24,000 nt of DNA from assembly GCF_052938755.1 (NCBI RefSeq), contig NZ_CM129037.1. One strand, written 5' to 3'. Positions 1 through 8,172 of the stretch are shown in pieces. The notes beneath the pieces were generated by a model. It was not told the origin of the DNA. It ran no database searches and saw nothing but the letters and a program-made list of their open reading frames with translations. A program made the position numbers and the translations under genes. The number at the start of each line of letters is the position of its first letter. The stretch's first letter is position 1.

Positions 1-828
1 TCCAGCCATCCATTGGCACGAGCGATCCTTGATAAAGCAGGCGATATGCAGCTACCGCAGGTCAACGGTTTCCGCACATTGCGCGGGCTGGGCGTGAGCG
101 GTGAAGCAGAAGGTCATGCGTTATTGCTGGGTAATCAGGCGTTGTTAAATGATCAGCAAGTCGATACTAAAGCGATTGAAGCCGATATTTCAGCTCAGGC
201 ATCGCAAGGAGCAACGCCTGTGCTGCTGGCGGTTGACGGGAAAGCGGTAGCCCTGCTGGCTGTACGCGATCCATTGCGTAGTGATAGCGTGGCGGCGCTG
301 CAACGCCTGCATAAAGCGGGATATCGTCTGGTGATGTTGACCGGGGATAACCTAACCACCGCCAATGCGATCGCCAAAGAAGCAGGGATTGATGAGGTGA
401 TCGCCGGGGTGCTGCCAGACGGTAAAGCCGAAGCGATCAAACGTCTGCAAAGTGAAGGACGTCAGGTGGCAATGGTGGGCGACGGCATTAACGACGCGCC
501 AGCGCTGGCTCAGGCGGATGTCGGCATTGCGATGGGTGGCGGCAGTGATGTTGCCATTGAAACCGCGGCGATTACCCTGATGCGCCATAGCCTGATGGGC
601 GTTGCGGATGCGCTCGCTATTTCCCGCGCAACGCTGCGCAACATGAAGCAGAACCTGCTCGGCGCGTTTATCTACAACAGTATCGGTATTCCGGTCGCCG
701 CCGGTATTTTGTGGCCGTTCACTGGAACGTTGCTTAACCCGGTAGTTGCCGGAGCGGCAATGGCGCTCTCGTCGATTACCGTAGTGAGTAACGCCAACCG
801 GTTGCTGCGGTTTAAACCGAAGGAATAA
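1..828 (+). CDS. copA: Cu(I)-exporting P-type ATPase CopA, C-terminal part (5' end lies outside the window)
   Basis: Frame 1 is open from the window edge to TAA at 826-828. The track start at 13 is only an in-frame TTG. The translation carries the P-type ATPase hinge motif [22 protein letters not shown] and two C-terminal hydrophobic helices, and matches my recollection of the E. coli CopA C-terminus (...[12 protein letters not shown]). Confidence 0.93.
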   Translation, partial: SSHPLARAILDKAGDMQLPQVNGFRTLRGLGVSGEAEGHALLLGNQALLNDQQVDTKAIEADISAQASQGATPVLLAVDGKAVALLAVRDPLRSDSVAALQRLHKAGYRLVMLTGDNLTTANAIAKEAGIDEVIAGVLPDGKAEAIKRLQSEGRQVAMVGDGINDAPALAQADVGIAMGGGSDVAIETAAITLMRHSLMGVADALAISRATLRNMKQNLLGAFIYNSIGIPVAAGILWPFTGTLLNPVVAGAAMALSSITVVSNANRLLRFKPKE

Positions 829-842
829 GTACGTCATTGCGG

Positions 843-866
843 ATGCGCTGCTTTAGGGCGGCGCAT
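843..866 (+). terminator. Hairpin just downstream of copA stop (degenerate REP-like or weak terminator)
   Basis: ATGCGCTGC (843-851) pairs with GCGGCGCAT (858-866), including one G-T wobble, around the loop TTTAGG. It is followed only by TT, so the U-tract is poor. Confidence 0.3.
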
Positions 867-885
867 TTGGCATCGACGCATGACT

Positions 886-1020
<135 letters not shown>

Positions 1021-1042
1021 GAGATGAAGCGATGTTTTGGCC

Positions 1043-1384
1043 TTACGCGACCTTTTTTGTACGCTCTTCACGGCGTGCTAAATATTCAGCCACTGTTTCA
1101 ATCCGTCCCAATTCTTCCTGGGTACGCATGTTGTTTTCAACTTCCCAAAGATCAACTGCCGCCTGGAGGTTTAGCCAAAAATCGACTGTGGTATCAAAAA
1201 CTTTCGCCAGACGGAATGCCATCTCAGTGGTGAGTTTACGATTGTTATTGATCAGTGCACTGACGCTATTACGATGAACATGCAGCAACTCTGCTAACTC
1301 ATTGATTTTCAAATCGAGCGGTTCCAGATATTCATAGAGAAGAATATCTCCGGGTGTCGTCGGTTTTCTTGTTGCCTGTTTCAT
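1043..1384 (-). CDS. ybaQ: Xre/HigA-family HTH DNA-binding protein (antitoxin-like, no adjacent toxin), 113 aa
   Basis: It lies within track ORF 1043..1438. I chose the internal ATG at 1382-1384 (MKQATRKPTTPGDILLYEYLEPLDL...), which gives the 113-aa length I recall for YbaQ. The HigA-type pattern PGDIL-x-E-x-L-x-P-L, followed by the HTH (INELAELLHVHRNSVSALINNNRKLT) and FWLNLQ, begins right at this start. The 18 upstream codons are hydrophobic and show no RBS. Confidence 0.85.
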   Translation of the reverse strand: MKQATRKPTTPGDILLYEYLEPLDLKINELAELLHVHRNSVSALINNNRKLTTEMAFRLAKVFDTTVDFWLNLQAAVDLWEVENNMRTQEELGRIETVAEYLARREERTKKVA

Positions 1385-1521
1385 AGTTTTTAACTGTTGC
1401 TTCCCTGTGAATAGCGATACAAGAACATACTGAATCATACAAACACATTAAACAAGTCCCCAACTCCATTTGCGCCATCCCTCCCCGCGCGCTAGCATGA
1501 GATTTCACAAAGGGAGGTCGT

Positions 1522-2316
1522 ATGGATCTGTTGTACCGGGTAAAAACGCTTTGGGCCGCGCTGCGCGGTAATCATTACTCCTGGCCTGCCATCGATATCA
1601 CCCTCCCCGGCAATCGCCATTTTCATCTGATTGGCAGCATTCATATGGGTAGCCACGATATGGCTCCCCTGCCCACCCGTTTGCTCAAAAAGCTCAAAAA
1701 CGCCGATGCGCTGATCGTCGAGGCTGATGTTTCCACCAGCGATACGCCTTTTGCTAATTTGCCTGCCTGCGAGGCGCTGGAAGAGCGCATTAGCGAGGAG
1801 CAACTCCAAAACCTGCAGCACATTAGCCAGGAGATGGGCATTTCTCCCTCACTCTTTTCTACCCAACCGCTGTGGCAAATCGCGATGGTTCTTCAGGCGA
1901 CGCAGGCACAAAAACTGGGGCTGCGGGCAGAATACGGTATCGATTACCAGCTATTGCAGGCGGCGAAGCAACAACATAAACCCGTGATTGAACTGGAAGG
2001 GGCTGAAAACCAGATTGCCATGTTGCTCCAGCTCCCTGACAAAGGACTGGCGCTGCTGGACGATACGCTGACCCACTGGCATACCAACGCACGGTTGCTG
2101 CAACAAATGATGAGCTGGTGGCTGAATGCACCGCCGCAAAATAATGATATAACGCTGCCCAATACGTTCAGTCAGTCGCTGTACGATGTGCTGATGCATC
2201 AGCGAAATCTCGCCTGGCGGGATAAATTACGCGCCATGCCGCCGGGGCGATATGTGGTCGCGGTCGGTGCACTACACCTGTATGGAGAAGGGAATTTGCC
2301 GCAAATGTTGCGCTAA
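1522..2316 (+). CDS. ybaP: TraB/PrgY (Tiki/GumN superfamily) protein of unknown function, 264 aa
   Basis: The full ORF has a strong RBS (AAGGGAGG, 6 nt before the ATG). The two GxxH motifs typical of the TraB/Tiki superfamily are present (LIGSIHMG near the N-terminus, AVGALHLYG near the C-terminus). It matches my recollection of E. coli YbaP. Confidence 0.9.
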   Translation: MDLLYRVKTLWAALRGNHYSWPAIDITLPGNRHFHLIGSIHMGSHDMAPLPTRLLKKLKNADALIVEADVSTSDTPFANLPACEALEERISEEQLQNLQHISQEMGISPSLFSTQPLWQIAMVLQATQAQKLGLRAEYGIDYQLLQAAKQQHKPVIELEGAENQIAMLLQLPDKGLALLDDTLTHWHTNARLLQQMMSWWLNAPPQNNDITLPNTFSQSLYDVLMHQRNLAWRDKLRAMPPGRYVVAVGALHLYGEGNLPQMLR

Positions 2317-2398
2317 AAAAATGGCCAATATCGCTATTGGCCCGTCAAAGAGGAATTTCATTTTTTTATTATTATGCCGTCACTTTAAGCGACGGTGT
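2315..2398 (-). ncRNA. chiX: ChiX (MicM/SroB/RybC) Hfq-dependent small RNA, 84 nt
   Basis: The minus-strand sequence ACACCGTCGCTTAAAGTGACGGCATAATAATAAAAAAATGAAATTCCTCTTTGACGGGCCAATAGCGATATTGGCCATTTTTTT matches the ChiX sequence as I remember it. It has a 5' hairpin (CCGTCGC/GTGACGG), an A/U-rich single-stranded region with the CCUCUUUGA seed, and an intrinsic terminator (GGCCAATA-GCGA-TATTGGCC followed by A then 7 U). It sits in the ybaP-ybaK spacer on the opposite strand, as in K-12. Confidence 0.9.
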
Positions 2399-2404
2399 AA
2401 CTCG

Positions 2405-2433
2405 ATTGTCGCTCAATCTCACCATCCTGCCAA
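2405..2433 (-). promoter_or_regulatory. Putative sigma-70 promoter of chiX
   Basis: On the minus strand, TTGGCA (2433-2428) is followed by a 17-nt spacer and GACAAT (2410-2405). The ChiX 5' end at 2398 lies 7 nt downstream of the -10 hexamer. This rests on hexamer matching only. Confidence 0.55.
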
Positions 2434-2504
2434 TACTCTTAGGCAAGATGACTCTTTTTTTTGGACCGCCATCAGGCGTATGCTTGCTTCGTTTTTTTGT
2501 TTAA

Positions 2505-2999
<495 letters not shown>

Positions 3000-3004
3000 G
3001 CATT

Positions 3005-3031
3005 GTGCCGGATGTGAACATCCGGCACTTT
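3005..3031. terminator. Bidirectional intrinsic terminator between convergent ybaK and ushA
   Basis: A perfect 10-bp stem GTGCCGGATG (3005-3014) / CATCCGGCAC (3019-3028) encloses the loop TGAA and is followed by TTT on the plus strand. It lies in the 36-nt gap between the two stop codons. Confidence 0.7.
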
Positions 3032-3035
3032 CGGA

Positions 3036-4688
3036 TTACTGCCAGCTCACCTCACCTTTCGGTTCATAAACACTCACATCCAGCGGCGAGCTTTTCTGGA
3101 TATACGCTTTCAGCACTTCGGCATCAATAAATCCGGTATTCACATAGCCCGGTTTGTTATCAAGGCGCGGATAGCCATCACCGCCGGTGGCATTGAAGTT
3201 TAATGTCGCCATACGGTAAGTTTTCGCTGGATCGACCGGTTCGCCTTTGATTTTAAGGTCGTTCAGTTTGCCGTCTTTCGCCACAAAGCTAACGTTGGCA
3301 AATTGCGGGTAGGCACCTGAATCTGGCTTCATTTGTGCGACGGAGGTCAGGTAATCAATCACCTCTTTACCGGTCATGTCGGCATACACCACCACATTGC
3401 CGAATGGCTGCACTTTCAGCACGTTTTTATAGCTGATATCGCCTGCTTCGATAGAATCACGAATTCCGCCTCCGCTCATCACCGCAAAGTCGGCACCAGT
3501 GCGATCCATTTGGGCTGCCAGAATCAACCGCCCCATATTGGTCTGTACAAAACGCACTTTGTCACGATCGCCTTCCAGACGACCATTGGTTTCGCCTATT
3601 TTCACGTCCAGCTGCGCTTTGCCTTTGTTCTGGAACGGCGATAACAGCGAGATCATTTGCTGGTTTTCAGCGATTTCAGGGGTGTACAGCACGCGCTCGC
3701 TTTTCCCGTCTTCCCAGGTCACTTTCTTCTTCAGGTTCACCGGAATCAGCTGATAGTTAACCATTTTCATTTCGCCATTACGAAACTCAAAATCAGCCCG
3801 TCCCACGTATTTGCCCCACTCATGCGCCTGCACAATCCAGATGCCGTTTTGTTGATCTGGTTTGCATGGCGTACCCGGCACGTAATCGACCTGTTTTTTG
3901 TTTTCTGCCGCCATGCAGACCGGATCTTGCGAGTGACCACCGACGATCATCGCCAGCGATCCGGCAGGCAGCGCGCGCGCCATCTCCACATCGCCCGGTG
4001 CGTTAGAGCCGTGCTCACCATTGTCGTAATGCCCCATATGGGTCGCCGCGATAATAATGTCTGGCTTTTCTGTCTGTTGCAGCTCCTGAATCACCAGCTT
4101 CGCTTCATCGGCGGGCTTACGGAACTCAATATCGGTGAAGTTTTCTGGGTTGCCTAACTTCGCTGTGTCATCCGTCGTCAGACCAATAACGGCAATTTTC
4201 AGATCCTGACGCTTAAACAGCACCCATGGTTTAAACAGGCGCTCGCCGGTACTTTTCTGGTAGATATTCGCGGAAAGCAACGGGAACTTGGCCCACTTTT
4301 CCTGCTGGCGTAATACGGTGAGCGGATTATCAAATTCATGATTACCGATCGCCATCGCGTCATAGCCCACCAGATTCATACCGCGAAAATCAGGTTCGGC
4401 ATCCTGTAAGTCGGACTCGGGCACGCCAGTGTTAATGTCGCCACCGGAAAGTAGCAGCACGCTACCGCCTTCAGCCGCAACCTCTTTGCGGATACCATCC
4501 ACCAGCGTTTTTTGCGCCGCCAGACCATATTCGCCATATTCATTGCGCCAAAAATGCCCATGATGATCATTGGTATGCAGAACTGTAATTTTGTAGGTTT
4601 TATCCTGCTCATACGCCAGAGCAGTTTCACTCGCCAGTGTAAATGTGGTTAACAGTGCTAACGCCACGCCCCGCTGCAATAATTTCAT
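3036..4688 (-). CDS. ushA: Periplasmic bifunctional UDP-sugar hydrolase / 5'-nucleotidase, 550 aa
   Basis: The full ORF has an N-terminal signal peptide (MKLLQRGVALALLTTFTLASETALA/YEQD). Calcineurin-like metallophosphoesterase motifs are present (VLHTNDHHG, GGDINTG, GNHEFD), followed by a C-terminal 5'-nucleotidase domain. I recognise it as UshA. Confidence 0.95.
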   Translation of the reverse strand: MKLLQRGVALALLTTFTLASETALAYEQDKTYKITVLHTNDHHGHFWRNEYGEYGLAAQKTLVDGIRKEVAAEGGSVLLLSGGDINTGVPESDLQDAEPDFRGMNLVGYDAMAIGNHEFDNPLTVLRQQEKWAKFPLLSANIYQKSTGERLFKPWVLFKRQDLKIAVIGLTTDDTAKLGNPENFTDIEFRKPADEAKLVIQELQQTEKPDIIIAATHMGHYDNGEHGSNAPGDVEMARALPAGSLAMIVGGHSQDPVCMAAENKKQVDYVPGTPCKPDQQNGIWIVQAHEWGKYVGRADFEFRNGEMKMVNYQLIPVNLKKKVTWEDGKSERVLYTPEIAENQQMISLLSPFQNKGKAQLDVKIGETNGRLEGDRDKVRFVQTNMGRLILAAQMDRTGADFAVMSGGGIRDSIEAGDISYKNVLKVQPFGNVVVYADMTGKEVIDYLTSVAQMKPDSGAYPQFANVSFVAKDGKLNDLKIKGEPVDPAKTYRMATLNFNATGGDGYPRLDNKPGYVNTGFIDAEVLKAYIQKSSPLDVSVYEPKGEVSWQ

Positions 4689-4905
4689 ACTTCTCTCCCT
4701 GACCTGATTTCAACGTGTTGAAAAATAGTATGACGCGACATCATAGACAAGTCTGCGTCCGGTGAAGATAAATCTGCATCCAGATTAGAAATTCTGTATT
4801 CGGCGTTGAGACTTCCTTCAGGCGACGCATACAGGTATGTTAGTCGGGTAATAATCACAAATAAGATCATTCTTTACATCGCAACCCTGAAAAAGTGACT
4901 TTCCT

Positions 4906-6126
4906 ATGGCAATGAGTGAACAAACCCAGCCTGTGGCGGGCGCGGCTGCGTCAACGACCAAGGCCCGAACATCGTTTGGTATTTTAGGTGCTATCAGCCT
5001 CTCACATCTGCTGAACGACATGATCCAATCGCTGATTCTGGCGATTTATCCGCTGCTTCAGTCAGAATTTTCTCTGACATTTATGCAGATTGGCATGATA
5101 ACCCTCACCTTCCAGCTCGCCTCTTCGCTACTGCAACCAGTGGTCGGCTACTGGACCGATAAATATCCGATGCCGTGGTCGTTGCCAATTGGCATGTGCT
5201 TTACCTTAAGTGGTCTGGTGCTGCTTGCGCTGGCGGGCAGTTTTGGCGCAGTTCTGCTGGCGGCGGCGCTGGTCGGTACCGGTTCATCGGTCTTTCATCC
5301 GGAATCTTCTCGCGTAGCCCGTATGGCTTCCGGCGGGCGGCATGGCCTGGCGCAATCTATCTTTCAGGTCGGCGGCAACTTTGGCAGTTCCCTGGGACCC
5401 TTGCTGGCGGCGGTGATTATCGCGCCTTATGGCAAAGGCAACGTTGCCTGGTTTGTGCTTGCGGCACTGCTGGCGATCGTGGTGTTGGCGCAAATCAGCC
5501 GTTGGTACTCGGCACAGCACCGAATGAATAAAGGAAAACCCAAAGCGACGATTATCAATCCACTGCCGCGCAATAAAGTTGTACTGGCGGTCAGCATTCT
5601 GTTAATCCTCATTTTCTCGAAATATTTCTATATGGCGAGCATCAGCAGCTATTACACCTTTTATCTGATGCAAAAATTCGGATTATCTATCCAGAATGCT
5701 CAGCTTCATCTGTTTGCCTTCCTGTTTGCCGTTGCGGCAGGTACGGTGATCGGCGGGCCTGTAGGGGATAAAATTGGGCGGAAATATGTGATTTGGGGCT
5801 CTATCCTCGGCGTTGCGCCGTTTACGCTGATTTTACCCTACGCCAGCCTGCACTGGACGGGGGTTTTAACGGTAATTATTGGATTTATCCTCGCTTCGGC
5901 ATTCTCTGCCATTCTGGTTTACGCTCAGGAGCTGCTTCCGGGACGTATCGGTATGGTTTCTGGACTCTTTTTCGGTTTTGCTTTCGGCATGGGAGGTCTG
6001 GGAGCGGCAGTTCTGGGGCTTATCGCCGATCACACCAGTATCGAGTTAGTCTATAAAATCTGTGCTTTCCTGCCACTATTGGGGATGTTGACCATATTCC
6101 TGCCTGATAACCGGCATAAAGACTGA
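4906..6126 (+). CDS. fsr: MFS transporter, fosmidomycin resistance protein, 406 aa
   Basis: The full ORF encodes a polytopic hydrophobic protein with about 12 predicted helices. The sequence (MAMSEQTQPVAGAAASTTKARTSFGILGAISLSHLLNDMIQS...) matches Fsr as I recall it. The RBS is weak. Confidence 0.9.
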   Translation: MAMSEQTQPVAGAAASTTKARTSFGILGAISLSHLLNDMIQSLILAIYPLLQSEFSLTFMQIGMITLTFQLASSLLQPVVGYWTDKYPMPWSLPIGMCFTLSGLVLLALAGSFGAVLLAAALVGTGSSVFHPESSRVARMASGGRHGLAQSIFQVGGNFGSSLGPLLAAVIIAPYGKGNVAWFVLAALLAIVVLAQISRWYSAQHRMNKGKPKATIINPLPRNKVVLAVSILLILIFSKYFYMASISSYYTFYLMQKFGLSIQNAQLHLFAFLFAVAAGTVIGGPVGDKIGRKYVIWGSILGVAPFTLILPYASLHWTGVLTVIIGFILASAFSAILVYAQELLPGRIGMVSGLFFGFAFGMGGLGAAVLGLIADHTSIELVYKICAFLPLLGMLTIFLPDNRHKD

Positions 6127-6133
6127 TTTCATT

Positions 6134-6165
6134 GCAGCCAAAGGCAAACTTTGGCTGCATCGTTT
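6134..6165 (+). terminator. Probable intrinsic terminator of fsr
   Basis: A perfect 10-bp stem GCAGCCAAAG (6134-6143) / CTTTGGCTGC (6149-6158) encloses the loop GCAAA, 8 nt after the fsr stop. It is followed by ATCGTTTTA, an interrupted U-tract. Confidence 0.6.
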
Positions 6166-6363
6166 TACAGTCGCCATAAGCCTTTCCTCTGTTAAACCGC
6201 CTTCTGTTTTCCGATCCGTGCTTTTTTTGCAGCTAATTCCATTTTTCTGCAAAATTCAACAATTATTCATAAACATCATCAATGAAATTGTCATAAACTA
6301 TTACCTGTAATTTTGGTTTTCCCGGCCAAAAATGGACAATAACCACCAGGAAAAGGAGACGGA

Positions 6364-8040
6364 ATGCATCACGCCACCCCGCTTATCACCACCATTGTTG
6401 GCGGCCTTGTGCTCGCCTTTATCCTCGGCATGCTGGCCAATAAACTACGTATTTCTCCTCTGGTGGGATATCTGTTAGCGGGTGTGCTGGCAGGACCATT
6501 CACTCCGGGCTTTGTTGCCGATACCAAGCTTGCGCCGGAATTGGCTGAACTGGGCGTTATTTTGCTGATGTTCGGCGTCGGTTTGCATTTTTCGCTCAAG
6601 GATTTGATGGCGGTAAAGTCCATCGCCATTCCCGGCGCGATCGCCCAGATAGCCGTGGCGACGCTGCTGGGTATGGCGCTCTCCGCCGTGCTGGGCTGGT
6701 CGTTAATGACCGGTATCGTGTTCGGCTTATGTCTTTCCACCGCCAGTACCGTGGTGTTACTGCGCGCACTTGAAGAACGGCAATTAATAGACAGTCAGCG
6801 TGGGCAAATCGCCATCGGTTGGTTGATTGTGGAAGACCTGGTGATGGTTCTGACGCTGGTGTTGCTGCCCGCAGTGGCAGGAATGATGGAACAGGGCGAT
6901 GTGGGCTTTGCCACTCTTGCAGTCGATATGGGGATCACCATCGGCAAGGTGATCGCATTTATCGCCATTATGATGCTGGTAGGTCGCCGTCTGGTGCCGT
7001 GGATTATGGCACGCAGCGCAGCAACCGGTTCTCGCGAGCTGTTTACCCTGTCGGTGCTGGCGCTGGCGTTAGGGATTGCCTTTGGTGCGGTAGAGCTGTT
7101 TGATGTCTCCTTTGCACTCGGTGCGTTCTTTGCCGGGATGGTACTGAACGAGTCTGAACTGAGTCACCGTGCCGCCCACGATACGTTGCCATTGCGCGAC
7201 GCGTTTGCGGTGCTGTTTTTTGTCTCCGTCGGGATGTTGTTTGATCCGTTAATTCTGATTCAGCAACCGCTGGCAGTGCTGGCGACGCTGGCGATTATTC
7301 TGTTTGGTAAATCGGTCGCGGCCCTGTTCCTTGTGCGTCTGTTTGGTCACTCCCAGCGCACGGCATTAACCATCGCCGCCAGCCTGGCGCAGATTGGTGA
7401 GTTCGCGTTTATCCTGGCGGGACTGGGAATGGCATTGAATTTACTGCCGCAGGCCGGACAAAACCTGGTACTGGCAGGGGCGATCCTGTCGATTATGCTC
7501 AACCCAGTACTGTTCGCACTACTGGAGAAATATCTGGCGAAGACCGAAACGCTGGAAGAGCAGACGCTGGAAGAGGCAATCGAAGAAGAGAAGCAGATCC
7601 CAGTGGATATTTGCAACCATGCGCTACTGGTTGGTTACGGTCGTGTAGGCAGCCTGCTGGGGGAGAAATTGCTCGCCTCTGATATTCCGCTGGTGGTGAT
7701 TGAGACGTCACGAACCCGTGTTGATGAGCTGCAAGAGCGTGGGGTCCGCGCTGTATTGGGCAATGCGGCGAACGAAGAAATTATGCAACTGGCGCATCTG
7801 GAATGTGCAAAATGGCTGATCCTGACGATCCCCAACGGTTATGAAGCAGGCGAGATTGTGGCATCTGCCCGCGCGAAAAATCCGGATATTGAGATTATTG
7901 CCCGCGCCCATTATGACGATGAAGTGGCGTATATCACCGAACGTGGCGCGAATCAGGTAGTGATGGGTGAACGTGAAATTGCCCGTACTATGCTGGAACT
8001 GCTGGAAACGCCACCGGCGGGTGAGGTGGTGACGGGATAA
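6364..8040 (+). CDS. ybaL: CPA2-family monovalent cation:proton antiporter with C-terminal RCK/TrkA-N domain, 558 aa
   Basis: The full ORF has the RBS AAGGAG 6-7 nt upstream. The N-terminus is a Na+/H+-exchanger-type membrane domain. The C-terminus has a Rossmann GxGxxG motif (LLVGYGRVGSLLGEKL). It matches E. coli YbaL. Confidence 0.92.
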   Translation: MHHATPLITTIVGGLVLAFILGMLANKLRISPLVGYLLAGVLAGPFTPGFVADTKLAPELAELGVILLMFGVGLHFSLKDLMAVKSIAIPGAIAQIAVATLLGMALSAVLGWSLMTGIVFGLCLSTASTVVLLRALEERQLIDSQRGQIAIGWLIVEDLVMVLTLVLLPAVAGMMEQGDVGFATLAVDMGITIGKVIAFIAIMMLVGRRLVPWIMARSAATGSRELFTLSVLALALGIAFGAVELFDVSFALGAFFAGMVLNESELSHRAAHDTLPLRDAFAVLFFVSVGMLFDPLILIQQPLAVLATLAIILFGKSVAALFLVRLFGHSQRTALTIAASLAQIGEFAFILAGLGMALNLLPQAGQNLVLAGAILSIMLNPVLFALLEKYLAKTETLEEQTLEEAIEEEKQIPVDICNHALLVGYGRVGSLLGEKLLASDIPLVVIETSRTRVDELQERGVRAVLGNAANEEIMQLAHLECAKWLILTIPNGYEAGEIVASARAKNPDIEIIARAHYDDEVAYITERGANQVVMGEREIARTMLELLETPPAGEVVTG

Positions 8041-8074
8041 ACGGTGGTTGCCGGATGTAAAATATGAAAAATAT

Positions 8075-8158
8075 GTAGGCATGATAAGACGCGCCAGCGT
8101 CGCATCAGGCATCGAGAGCCAAATGCCAGATGCGGCGTGAACGCCTTATCTGGCCTAC
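8075..8158. repeat. REP/BIME pair between convergent ybaL and gsk
   Basis: GTAGGCATGATAAGACGCGCCAGCGTCGCATCAGGC (8075-8110) and GCCAGATGCGGCGTGAACGCCTTATCTGGCCTAC (8125-8158) are two inverted REP units separated by 14 nt. Confidence 0.88.
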
Positions 8159-8172
8159 GAACCGACGATAAC

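Noticed and set aside
352-837. A 161-aa minus-strand ORF and other antisense ORFs inside copA
   Set aside because: They are antisense to a confidently identified P-type ATPase frame, with no motifs or RBS.
6265-6298. A TCATAAAC direct repeat (6267-6274 and 6291-6298) and short TTCAT/ATGAA inverted repeat upstream of ybaL
   Set aside because: It lies in a very AT-rich promoter region where 8-mers recur by chance. The spacing of 24 bp is not helically phased, and there is no third copy.
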